In this document: in pieces, positions 1 through 11,779 of the stretch
How the letters are laid out: every line of letters starts with the position of its first letter
How positions within the stretch are numbered: the stretch's first letter is position 1
Source: the human T2T-CHM13v2.0 reference genome, Homo sapiens
Length of the DNA stretch: 64,000 nt
Assembly (NCBI RefSeq): GCF_009914755.1
Contig: NC_060932.1
Strand: one strand, 5' to 3'
Made by a program: the position numbers and the translations under genes
Notes under the pieces: model-generated
What the model was told of the DNA's origin: nothing
The model's database searches: none
What the model saw: only the letters and a program-made list of their open reading frames with translations

Positions 1-1249
1 TGCTACCAAATACATCTCCAGTGTCATGAATTCATGGATGTGTGACCAGTAGCTCTTGGCCAGCCATTTCTGGTCTTAACACCCAGATCATCATAGAATA
101 TGAGGATAGGAATCCACTGATGACAGAATCCTGAATGACTATCTTATGTGCCTGAAAGCCTGCCTCAAAGAAGGCTGATGTCTTCTTGAATTAAAGAGTT
201 GCTTGCATATAGAATATACTGGAGTCATTTTTCAGAAGATCCTTACATGGCTTGGCAGAGGGTGGCATCCAGTTTATCTTTGGCGGAATTAGATTTGCTG
301 CTCAAGATTGTTTTCAAATTGTTTGATAGCTTCAGGGAGGTCCACTGGTAAGCTCACAAATTCAGAAATAGTTTGAGGCTACAGAAGAATTCTTTTCATG
401 TTTGAGCTGTGATCTAAGCCAAGAGCCTTGGAAATTTTGAATCCGTCTTATATTTTCTTTCCTGAATGAGAAATGGGTATACTTGCTCAGTTCCGATTCT
501 GACAACATGACTTATTTCAAAAACAAATAGCTCACTCCGTGAAGCAAACCCTGTATCACTCTCCTCTGGTGACATTTCGATTCTGATACAATGTGGTGGC
601 ATGGGGATAGATTTTAGACCAGGAAAAGAGAGAGCCTCTCATTTGTGGCCCAAAAGACTCAATTTTAAAGATCAGATTGGAATCTGTCAGGGAGGACATA
701 TGGACATAGTGATTTTTTCTTTTATTTGCCTTTTTTCGCCTCTCTTTACTTTTGGTTTAATGTCTTTTAGGACTTGAGGTACAAAATCCCATGTTGTGGA
801 GGCATTAGCTAACAGTTGTAAAACCTTAGGAAAAGTACAGCATCTCAGTGATCCTGCCTTCCTAAAATTGCTCCTCAACAAATACAGATGGAGGAAATAG
901 AAATATCTAAAATGAAACATGTGTTCTTTCGTCTTAGATGTCTTTATCTTCTTGCTTTTATCAGCAGCCTTGAGTGACAGGATTTTATACTTTTGGAAGA
1001 TTAGAGGGTTTGTTTGTTTTTCTTGCAGAAATAGTTACTTATACCATGTTCATTTATCTGCCTCAGTTCTGAGAATTCTTTGCCAATTTTTTTAATAGCA
1101 TGTGTTTGGATGAATTATAGACTTCATAGAAGTAACTTCAGGAATTATCGACTTCATAGTCGATACAACATAATGAGACCCTGTCTGTACTTTAACTTTT
1201 TAATACAAGAAATTTTTTAAAATTTTAGGGGCATTTAGATTTTTGGGGG

Positions 1250-1460
1250 ATAGTGCATGGAGTGAAACTAACAGAAGTATTGATCCCAGGATTAGGAAGT
1301 TGGGTTTGTATTTCAGTCTCTGTTACAGGAGTGACCAAGTGGCTTGACTCTCTTTAGCTTAGTTTTTCCATCTGCAAAACAGAGATAATATTTTCTATTA
1401 CCTTCTAGATTCTCAGAGTGTGATGAATTTTCAGTTGTTGAAAATTTCTGCAAATGAATT
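1250..1460 (+). mobile_element. MIR SINE fragment
   Basis: MIR core-like gtgaccaagtggcttgactctct...ttagtttttccatctgcaaaacagagataata. Confidence 0.6.
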
Positions 1461-1832
1461 AAGCAATGCCTGTTAGGCCACATTAATGGACTAAAAACTG
1501 CTAGGATCTAAAGTTGACATGCCATTGAACTTTCTGCCTGAAGACTTACTGAGGAAACTTTGTCTACAAAGGTTTGGTGCAAAGAACCCCATTACTTTAT
1601 GGCCAAATTTTCTTCACATGCCGATGGTAATCCAGTAGTCTTTCTTCTAACTTCTTGGCGGCTTTCATATACTCTTCAGACTGGCTAAGTCATACGTTAA
1701 TAGGAAGAACTAATTTTCTCTCCCTGAGGCTGAACTTGTGATCTTTTTCATCTGGTTTCCACTTCTCAGATTTCCCCAAATCTCTCAGTCGTCTTTCCCA
1801 AAGTATTTAAAGGAAGATTGATTTTAACAGAG

Positions 1833-2436
1833 TGCTATGGACTGAATTATGTCCCTCACAAATTCCTATGTTGAAGCCTCAGCCCCTAGTGTGATGGTAT
1901 TTGGAGATGGGTCCTGGGAGATAATTAGGTTTAGATGAGTTCATGGTGGGGCCCTCATGAGGGGATTAGTGCTTTTTTTTAAAAAAAATTATTTTTAAAA
2001 ATGTCTTTTATTAAAAAGTTAATTAAAGTACAGACAGGGTCTCATTATGTTGGCCAGGTTGGTCTTGAACTCCTGGCCTCAAGCAATCCTCCCACCTCAG
2101 CCTCCCAAAATGCTTGGATTACAGGTGTCAGCCCCTGTGCCTGGTCTCTTCTTTTATGTGGAGAGCGCTCTCCCTCTCTCTTGCTCTTGCTGTCTCTCAC
2201 TCTCTCTCCCTCTGTCTCTCTCTTTCTGTCTTTCTCTTTCTCTCTCTATGCTATGTGAGGATACAATGAGAGGGTGGCCACCTATAAGCCGGGAAGAGAG
2301 CCCTCACCGGAAACTGACCATGATGGTAACTTGATCTTGGACTTCCAGCCCCCAGAGCTGTTAGAAAACACATTTCTGTTATTTAAGCCACATGGTGTGT
2401 GGTATTTTGTTATGGCAGCCTAAGCTGACTGAGACA
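1833..2436 (+). mobile_element. MLT1A-type MaLR solo LTR interrupted by a FLAM
   Basis: Starts tgctatggactgaattatgtcc, ends taagctgactgagaca; 5-bp TSD cagag/caggg. Confidence 0.85.
1973..2146 (-). mobile_element. FLAM_C / Alu left monomer inside MLT1A
   Basis: Antisense Alu monomer with degenerate poly-T. Confidence 0.85.
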
Positions 2437-3280
2437 CAGGGAGTTGCGTGTTATTTGAAATACGAGTCCACTGTTGCCAGATCAAAGTTCAATCTCTGTA
2501 GTTTAATCCTAGATTTTTCCCTCCTCTTTTACAGGGATTTGAATCTAGTGAAAGTAATTCACATGCACATCAGATACATGCCTTTAGCAGCCTTCTGGCC
2601 TTGAAAATCCTGCTGTTGCTGATTCAGTTGTCAGGGCCCAAATCAGCTGGTGAACTCATGAGTTTGCAGGTCTAGAATTGTAGGTGTGGGAAGGGGAGAG
2701 AGACATGGGTTACTGAAGACTTGTGCAAATAAATGCTGTGTTCATCTTCACCGATTCACCAGGTATCTGAGTAGGAGGTATGCACTTAGCACTTGGAATA
2801 CTCAGAGATAATGCCATTGCACACTTAATTGATACTTCTCCTAACACTTAAGAGAAGTGGACATAGATTCTGTTTGTGGGAAGTTTATAATGAATTAAAA
2901 GACCCCAAGTATAAAGCCATAAATAACTCCAGGGAAAGGAAGGCTGAACATGAAAAAAGTTGCAAAAAAAGTCCAGTTGGGGTTATTGGAGTTTAGAGAA
3001 GCAGAGATTATTCTAATTGAGGGAGTTGAGGAAGCTTCAGGGAAGTAGTTGAACTTTATAGAGATGGACATCAGGTTTGGGAAGGCTGGGGACCTGGCAC
3101 AGCATGAGCCCTGGCCCTAACGCAGTTATTTGTGGCAAGTGGATAATGAGGAAGTTGTCCATTCTTGCTGAAGCAAAGGGTGGGTAAAGTGGAAAAGAGG
3201 GAAATGATATAGATTTTGTCAGATTATGGGGAGACTTGTTTACCTTGATTTTTTTTCTTCCTCTTTAACCATTCATGCTG

Positions 3281-3488
3281 CAATAGTGTGCTGGTAAACT
3301 AGCTCTGTAGAGTGGGAGGAAAAAACTTGAGTTTGTAGCATTCACCAATATCTGTGGTGTAAATACTCCCACAGTGGCCAATTTCAGACCAGCAGTGGAT
3401 TAAGAGATAGCTCACAGAATTCCTGAAAATTCCTGAAAATGTAACAGTTGGCCCTTCCAAACTAGTACAAGTTTGCTCCAGTATTCTG
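3281..3488 (-). mobile_element. MER63-family hAT DNA transposon
   Basis: gtgtgctggtaaac...ggtgtaaatactcccacagtggccaatttc...tgctccagta resembles MER63 termini. Confidence 0.7.
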
Positions 3489-3589
3489 TGAAAAACCTGG
3501 GCTAGTTCCTACATGACAAATAGTTACAGTACCTGCCTGCCCACAGCCTGGATAGAAGACCCAGGGAAGGCCTAGGTAGCCTCGTTTTA

Positions 3590-4010
3590 CACCATCTAAG
3601 ATTCCTGTGGCCATCACTGATTGTCCCTGGATGGACACACTACCTAGAGGCCATTCCGTAGCCTGGACAATGACATATGGTTTGACGCAAAGAAGTAAGT
3701 ACTCAATCAGGTTCCTTCTCTTGGGAATTTGAATGAGGAAATACCAATATGTTTTGCCACAGGGGCAAAAGCTGAAAGGATGTCGTTTGGGAGTTGAGTT
3801 GGTGGCAACCTGAAGCCATGTGGAAGCCAATGTTGTGAATGGAAACCACAAGGAAACTGAAAAAGCTGATTGATAGAGAGAGGGGAGCAGATGTGGAGAG
3901 ACCCTACAGCCCTAGAGTGGCCCCTGTTCTTAGCAGCTTTCCAAGTCCAGGTCTAAAACATCCCTTTTCTGAGGCAATTTGAGTGAGTCTCTGTTCCTTG
4001 CAATACCGTG
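3590..4010 (+). mobile_element. Old MaLR LTR (MLT1J/K-like)
   Basis: aatcaggttccttctcttgggaatttgaa and 3' end tttgagtgagtctctgttccttgcaa. Confidence 0.55.
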
Positions 4011-4069
4011 GCATCACTGAAGAAGTTTATGTGGCAACTCAGGGTACTTTGCAGAGCTTTCTATGAATG

Positions 4070-5734
4070 CAGACATACCTCCTTCTATATAGCACATCAC
4101 TTTATTGATCGACCATAAGATTCATGGTCGATCAATAAAGCAATGGTTCATGAAGTTTGATGAAAGAAGTTTAATAAAAGAAGCCATTGCCATAGCATAG
4201 AAGTGCAAGGTGAGGCAGCAAGTGCTGATATAGAAGCTGTGGCAAGTTATCCAGAAGATCTAGTGAAGATATTGATGAAAGTGGCTACACTAACAACATA
4301 TTTTAAGTGTAGATGAAATAGCCTTCTATTGTAAGAAGATGCTGTCTAGTACTTTCATAGCTAGAGAGGAGAAGTCAGTGACGGGCATCAAAGGATAGGC
4401 TGACCCTCTTGTTAGGGGCTAATGCAGCTGGTGACTTTAAATTGAAACCAGTGCTCTTTCACCATTCTGAAAAATCTGAGGGCCCTTAACAATTATGCTA
4501 AATCTACTCTGCCTGTGCTCTATAAATGGAACAGCAAAGTCTGGATGACAGTACATCTGTTGACAGCATGGTTTACTGACTATTTTAAGCCTACTGTTGA
4601 GACCTACAGCTGAGAAAAAGAAGATTCCTTGATTCAAAATATTACTGCCCATTGACAATGCACCAGGTCACCCAAGAGCTTAGATGGAGATGTACAAGGA
4701 GATTAATGTTTTCATGCCTGCTGACACAACATGAATACTGCAGCCCATGGATCAAGGGATAATTTTGACTTTCAAGTCTGATTATTTAAAAGAATACATT
4801 TCATGAAATGGTGGCTGCCATAAATAGTGATTACGCTGATGGTTCTAGGTGTAGTACATTAAAAACCTTCTGGAAAGGATTCCCCATTCTAAATGCCACT
4901 AAGAATATTGATGTTTCATGGGAGGAGGTCAAAATATCAATATTAGTAGGAGTGTGGAAGAAATTGATTCCAATTCTCATGGATGACTTTGAGGGGTTCA
5001 AAACTTCAGTGAAGGATGTCCCTGCAGATGTTGTGGAAATAGCAAGAGCACTAGAATTAGAAGTGGAGCCTGAAGATGTGAGAATTGCTGCAATCTCTTG
5101 ATAAAACTTGAGCAGAGAAGAGTTACTTTTTATGAATGAGCAAAGAAAGTGGTTTCTTGAGATGGACTCTATCTTGGTGAAGATGCTGTGAACATTGTTG
5201 ACAACCAAGGATTTAGAATAATCCATAAACTTGTTGACAAAGCAGTGGCAAGGTTTGAGAGGATTGACTCCAAATTTGAAAGAAGTTATACTGTGGGTGA
5301 AATACTATGAAATGCTATCAAATAGCATCACATGCTATAGAGAAATATTTCATGAAAGGAATTATCAATTGATCTGGCAAACTTAATTACTGTCTTATTT
5401 TAAGAAATTGCCACAGCTGCCCCAGTCTTCAGCAACTGCCACCCTGATCCATGAGCTGCTATCAATATCAAAGCAAGACCCTTCACCAGCCAAAAAATTA
5501 AGAGTCCTTGAAGGCTCAGATGATCATATGCATTTTTTTAGCAATAAAATATTTTCAAATTAAGGTCTGTACATTTTTTAGACATAATGCTATTACACAC
5601 TTAATTGACTGTAGTGTAAACATAACTTTTATAGGCACAGGGGAACCGAAAAATTTGTGTGATTGGCTTTACTGCAATATTTGCTTTATTGCACAGTCTG
5701 GAACCAAATCCACAGTATCTCCTAGGTATGCCTA
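4070..5734 (+). mobile_element. Tigger1 DNA transposon, internally deleted, with decayed transposase
   Basis: Termini cagacatacctc and taggtatgccta followed by TA. ORF 4808-5101 (LKTFWKGFPILNATKNI...VWKKLIP...ARALELEVEPEDV) is Tigger1 transposase. Confidence 0.93.
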
Positions 5735-6848
5735 TATAGCAAATTTCTTAAGAATAGAGGACAAATCACTTGCTTCTGATTGAGGTTAAAATATGCCCAT
5801 GACCTTCATTTCTTTGCCTTCCCTCCCTCCCTGCACTCCTCCCAAATGACTTGTGAATATTATTTTTTCATTCTTTTTCATTCCAGCAGAGCTGGTTTGG
5901 AATTCATGATGTTGAAAGAATAGCCAGTAGGAACATGTGGTGGGGTGATGTTTTGTTGGCATTTACCATTACAGAAAATCACAAGAAAATTGGAGCCATT
6001 AGCAGCAGGGAAAGGAAAATGAGTTCTTTATCTGCTGAGGGCATCTGGTGAGGGAGGGTCTGTGAAGATGCCGCGGGTGCACTGCTCTAGTATGAAATGC
6101 CATTTGAAGGAGGCTCAGTGGGCGTCTAATCAAGAGAGAAGTTTCCTGTGCGTCAGGCCCAGACCTAGGAAACGGGGAAGGTCTCCGTGTTTCCAGCCTC
6201 AGCCTCAAATGAATGGGCACCAGGATGGGCCGCAGTGACTTCTCCGGGGTCTCTCTGATGTCCAAAGCTCTCCCCACACCCAGACATTTTTGTTTCACAG
6301 GAAAGTCAGGAGCCTCCTGAAAACAGACATGAATGTAGCAAAAAAAAAAAAAAAAAAAAGCTGATAATCTCTAGGTTTCATCCCCCTTCTGGCTGCTGCA
6401 GCTATTTGTAACCTTTCCTTTGTGTGCGTCTGGTAGTGTCCCCTTTTTGAAGCCTTTTAACGTTTGAGAAACTGGAGACCTGGTGTTTTTTGTTTGTTTG
6501 TTTTTTTGTTTTCCTAGTTTTTACTCTTGTTTAGGGTCTGGCATTTTCATTTTCCTCATGCTACATCAGGGTTTAATTAGCAACTGTCTTTGAAATAGCC
6601 TTCAGGGAGGAATGAACTTTCTTTGTGAATACCTCCTCACCCCCCAAAGAAAAGCAGTAATGCAAATTAAATGTGTATCCAGAATTGCAGTCACTCTAAT
6701 CCTGACATCACAAACGCATTTGTTCTTGGAAATGACTTTGGTGGAGCCTGACAGTTTTATGCTTCTTACTGTGGCTGAGGTGGAGTGTCCTCTTTAGATG
6801 CAATAAGAGATGGGGGAGAGGTTGATGCTTTGATTAGTAAACCTGTTA

Positions 6849-7186
6849 CAGGTTGTGTGTCCCTTATGGAAAGTACTTGAGACCAGAAGTGTTTTGGATT
6901 TTGTATTTTTTTCAGATTTTAGAATATTTGTGTATACATACTGAGACATCTTGGGGATGGGACCCAAGTCTAAACACAAAATTCATTGGTTTCATATACA
7001 CCTTATGCACGTAGCCTGAAGGTAATTTTGTACAATTATTTTCAATAATTTTGTCCATGAAGCCAAGTTTGTGTACATTGAACCATCAGAAAGCAAAGGC
7101 ATCACTCTCTCATGGCAACGCTCTAACAGTTTCAGATTTTGGAGCATTTTGGAGTTCAGGTTTCTGGATTAGGGATGCTCAGCCCT
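6849..7186 (+). mobile_element. Tigger4b (Zombi/MER46-related) DNA transposon
   Basis: TA-caggttg...gaccagaagtgttttggatttt...ggattagggatgctcagccct-TA. Confidence 0.85.
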
Positions 7187-8905
7187 TAGCAGGTTCTGTT
7201 GTCTCCCTCACTGACCCCTCTGCTTTTAGAGAACGAATTCTCTGCTTTGCCTGTTCCTCTTTGATCTTAACCTTGGATATTTTCCTCTTTCTCCTGGATG
7301 TTTGGTATCCAGGAGGGCACAGAGAGGTGAGCCTGGACCCCGTGTTGGGTGTGTGTCTTGGGGTCAAGGGATCCTGGGCACATGAGTGGGGAAGCCATTT
7401 CTGAGCACCTTTGAAAAAGGAAAAGTGGCATTTTCACAGCAAATATGGGTTGTGTCTAATCTGGTAGTTCCCAATTTCAATCTCCTATTTACCTCTTCAA
7501 CATCCAGGCGGGTGACACACACTGTCAGTATCTATAAGTATACACAGTGATTCCTGTACCTTCACTGTAAGACTGTCAGCTGCCAACCCCTGACCCCCAA
7601 GCCCCACTGCCACTTCTCTTAAAGTGTGCCTTAAATGCCATCCCCTGGCACCTCTTTTATCCTGTGGGAATAGTCTTATCGATTCAGCAGTCATCGGTTG
7701 GTCATTAATCTTCCACAAACCACGCACTTTATCATTGCGAAAGGGGACAGAGAGGATCAGGATGTTGGGTTGTGACACGCGAGAGAGCCCCATCTGTCCC
7801 TGGCTGCTCCGCTGAGGTCATGGTACAGCACAGAGGACCAGATGGGATGGCTAGAATCTGTGTCCTACCCTAACTTTGTTTTTATCCGCCACTGGCCAGC
7901 TGCAAATTTGCTCTTGCCAGCAGAGGCTAGGGCCTGGAATGAAAGACTTCCTATACTGCTGGCTGGACATATTTCTCCCATGCATCAGCAGATGAGCCTT
8001 TTGAAGGGTGAGACATGATCTGTGACTAGGGGCTGTGGGAAAACATGCCTGTCCTGGAGCTGGGGGAATCCTGGACTCCATTTTGGAGAGGGAGTCATCC
8101 AGCCCCCGTTGGGATATGGTTCTTCAGGCCAGGGAAGGCCCTAACAATGGCTCAGCTGGACTCTTTGTGTCTGTTTGAAAAACAGGGGAATTGGGTGACC
8201 AGTTTGATTTCAGCTTTAAAACATGGATAGGCTAGGGTGACACTGCCATCAACATATTCCATGGGAACAGAGGGCCTTTGGACAAGGCAGTGTCTCTGGG
8301 TGAGGGTAGGATGGGGGTGGGGGGATGTCTTTTCTCCTCTGTCCTGGATCTGTAGAGGCTGGGGAGAGAGAGAGAGGCACAGAACTTTCAGTGCTTCAAG
8401 TGCAGGAAGTGTTTCTTCTACACCCCGATCCCCAGTACCCTGGCCATCATCAGAGGCCGAGTAAGGTCACTGGTGCAACTTGTCCACTATGTGACAGTTG
8501 CCATTTATTGTGAAGGTAGGACAGTGACTCTCGGGAGGGCACAGATAAGGAGAAAGGAATTCTTCCCAAGCAGGGCAGGAGAGCAATTTGCAACCTACTC
8601 AATCCCTTGGTCATTGTGTTATTTCTATTTCCAGCAACATTTCTGACAACAGTATGTATGATTAGAACACATCTCTTTTTTTTCACCTTTAAATATAAAA
8701 AAGGCTTTATTAAAGCAGTACTGTTCTGTTTTTAATGAATATATAATAATTCCTATTACAATAATAACAGAAAGTGATAGCTATTAACTTTGATATTGCT
8801 TCCCCCAGTTTGGATAGAGAAAAGGTTATTGTCATTTCTATATTAGATTATTAAAAGTAACACCTCTCAGATTTTTTTCTTAATCTTTTCAAATCCTGGA
8901 AATAA

Positions 8906-8906
<1 letters not shown>

Positions 8907-8945
<39 letters not shown>
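8907..8945. repeat. (CA)n microsatellite
   Basis: About 19 uninterrupted CA units. Confidence 0.95.
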
Positions 8946-8947
<2 letters not shown>

Positions 8948-10205
8948 ATACGATATGAATATATATCTGCATACAGTATGTATATATGTATACAACATGT
9001 ATATACGTGTATACAATATGTATATATGTATACAATATGTCTATACGTGTATACAACATATGTACACAATGTCTATATGTGTATACAATATGTATGTATA
9101 CAATATGTCTATACGTGTATACAATATGTATATATGTATACAATATGTGCATACAATATGTATATATGTATACAATATGTGCATACAATATGTATATATG
9201 TATACAATATGTGCATACAATATGTATATATGTATACAATATGTGCATACAATATGTATATATGTATACAATATGTGCATACAATATGTATATATGTATA
9301 CAATATGTGCATACAATATGTATATATGTATACAATATGTGCATACAATATGTATATATGTATACAATATGTGCATACAATATGTATATATGTATACAAT
9401 ATGTGCATACAATATGTATATATGTATACAATATGTGCATACAATATGTATATATGTATACAATATGTGCATACAATATGTATATATGTATACAATATGT
9501 GCATACAATATGTATATATGTATACAATATGTGCATACAATATGTATATATGTATACAATATGTGTATACAATATGTATAGATGTATACAATATGTGTAT
9601 ACAATATGTATAGATGTATACAATATGTGTATACAATATGTATAGATGTATACAATATGTGTATACAATATGTATAGATGTATACAATATGTGTATACAA
9701 TATGTATAGATGTATACAATATGTGTATACAATATGTATAGATGTATACAATATGTGTATACAATATGTATAGATGTATACAATATGTGTATACAATATG
9801 TATAGATGTATACAATATGTGTATACAATATGTATAGATGTATACAATATGTGTATACAATATGTATAGATGTATACAATATGTGTATACAATATGTATA
9901 GATGTATACAATATGTGTATACAATATGTATAGATGTATACAATATGTGTATACATGTATAGATGTATACAATATGTATATATGTATATATAATATGTGT
10001 ATATATACACATATATACGTATATATGTGTATATATACACGAATGCAGGAGAAGGTGATAGCATTGTTCACTTTCCTGTTGTAGGGAGAGAGAGAGATAT
10101 ATATATATATACACATACACATGTATACATACAATATGTATATATGTATACAATATGTATATATGTATACTATATATGCATATATATGCATATATACACA
10201 CAATA
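8946..10205. repeat. AT-rich minisatellite; core 9119-9950 is 26 copies of a 32-bp unit in two variant blocks
   Basis: Unit atacaatatgtatatatgtatacaatatgtgc, then atacaatatgtatagatgtatacaatatgtgt; degenerate (TATG)-type flanks. Confidence 0.95.
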
Positions 10206-10689
10206 TCATATTAGTGGGAGATTTTTAAAACTAGTTTGTATTTAAACAATTAATTATACTGATGATCTCTGGACACCTTAGTAATGAACAACTTAAAAAC
10301 GGGGAACTGAAGTTAGGGGTTTGAGTCACCATGAGTTTACTGAAGTTACTACCCCTGGGACTTGCCCTGACCAGTAGCATTCACTTGTTGGAGAGTTTGA
10401 GATTCTTCTTTCTGTGCCAGCTGATACCAGCAACGCATGTGCCAGACATCAGGCAAATAGAGTTGTTCTAATGCCTTTAGTTCCAGTGGCACAGAAGTCA
10501 GCAGTCAAGGTTGGGTGCTTCTTGGGTGGGTTATGTTGGTGGAGAACAATGTGTCAAAGTTGGTGGGAAAATATTATTGCCCAGACCAGCACCTGCAAGA
10601 AGGGGACCATGTCTGTGATTTCAGAGAGCCATATGGTAGTTTGAGAGGGTGCAGTATGCATGACATTAATCTAACATTGAATCATGTAG

Positions 10690-11040
10690 TGAGGAAATAA
10701 TTCTTTAAAAATTCTCTTTCAGTATTTCTGGTTTCACCAAAGAGAATGGGACATGTTAGTAACGACTCTCTAACATTTGCAATCCCAGTCTTGCAGGCCA
10801 CTGCACCTACTAAGATTGTTCTTTATTACCTTTTATTCAAAGGGAATGGTGCTGGTTTTCCAATTACTATAAAGAAATCAATTTAAATAATTTGATTTCA
10901 AATACATCTAAATGATGTACTTATGAGAAAAACAGTGAATTCGTTTAAGCAAATAGTAAGCAAATAAGTATCACAGGTGGCTGATGGGACTGAAATCCTG
11001 GAGGCAGGTACATGAACAAACAGAGCCTGGGAAATCCTGA
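10690..11040 (+). mobile_element. MER113-like hAT-Charlie fragment
   Basis: 3' end cacaggtggctgatgg...ggaggcaggtacatgaac...cctgggaaatcctg. Confidence 0.5.
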
Positions 11041-11779
11041 GCTAGGTCATTGGTGTCTCTGGAATTTGTTTTCAAGTGGGTTTCATGAATCTTTTCTTCT
11101 ATGAAAGTTAAACTTTTTAAGATTTTTTCAGAATGGTTATGACCTGATTAAGTGACAGGGACTCTCCTGCCTCCGTGGACAGGAATGGAGTGTGGAATCC
11201 CAGGGTGCCCTCAGGTTGGTCACACAGGCTCTGATTATCATAGGGCATCCCTGCAGGGCCCGGGGTGGCCGCAGAGCTCAGCTTCTGTCCTGGTTACCAC
11301 ACACATGCCACCATGACCACTGTGCTCTTACAGTTTTATTTCACGCTGCTTGCCTCCATAGTGCCTCTGTGTGGTGTCTGGACCTTGCCATGGTCCAGGG
11401 ACAGCTGGATTGTTACAAGGGGGCATCACCAATGTCACCTTAGTGGTGGCTAGGAGATGTTCCTAGTCCCTGACTAGTAGGATCTTTTAAGTCCCTCCTG
11501 TGGTGTTTATGACACGTTCAGCTGTATGCTGGGGGCAATGGACAATGCAGGAGAAGGTGATAGCATTGTTCACTTTCCCGTTGTAGGGATAAATCTAACA
11601 TAGAAGGAAACACTAACCGATTTGTCACAATTAAGGACTGTCTTGTGTGGAGCCTCTGTGGCAGTGCTGTGGCTCTTCTAGGGAGAGGCTTGAAGGCTAG
11701 AGCAGGAAGACAAGTTTCCAGGAAGAGAGCTTAGGTGGCAGGACCTTGAAGGCTGGGTAACAGAAATAATAATCATTGT

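Noticed and set aside
4808-5101. Transposase ORF as a domesticated TIGD-like gene
   Set aside because: It is a short piece of an internally deleted, stop-ridden Tigger1 copy.
6055-6300. Slightly CpG-rich patch as an alternative promoter
   Set aside because: Too short and sparse for a CpG island, with no convincing first-exon structure; at most an enhancer.
8851-10245. Long ORFs of 200-390 aa rich in Y/I/C/H/T on both strands
   Set aside because: They are translations of the 32-bp minisatellite, which lacks stops in most frames; there is no coding signal.
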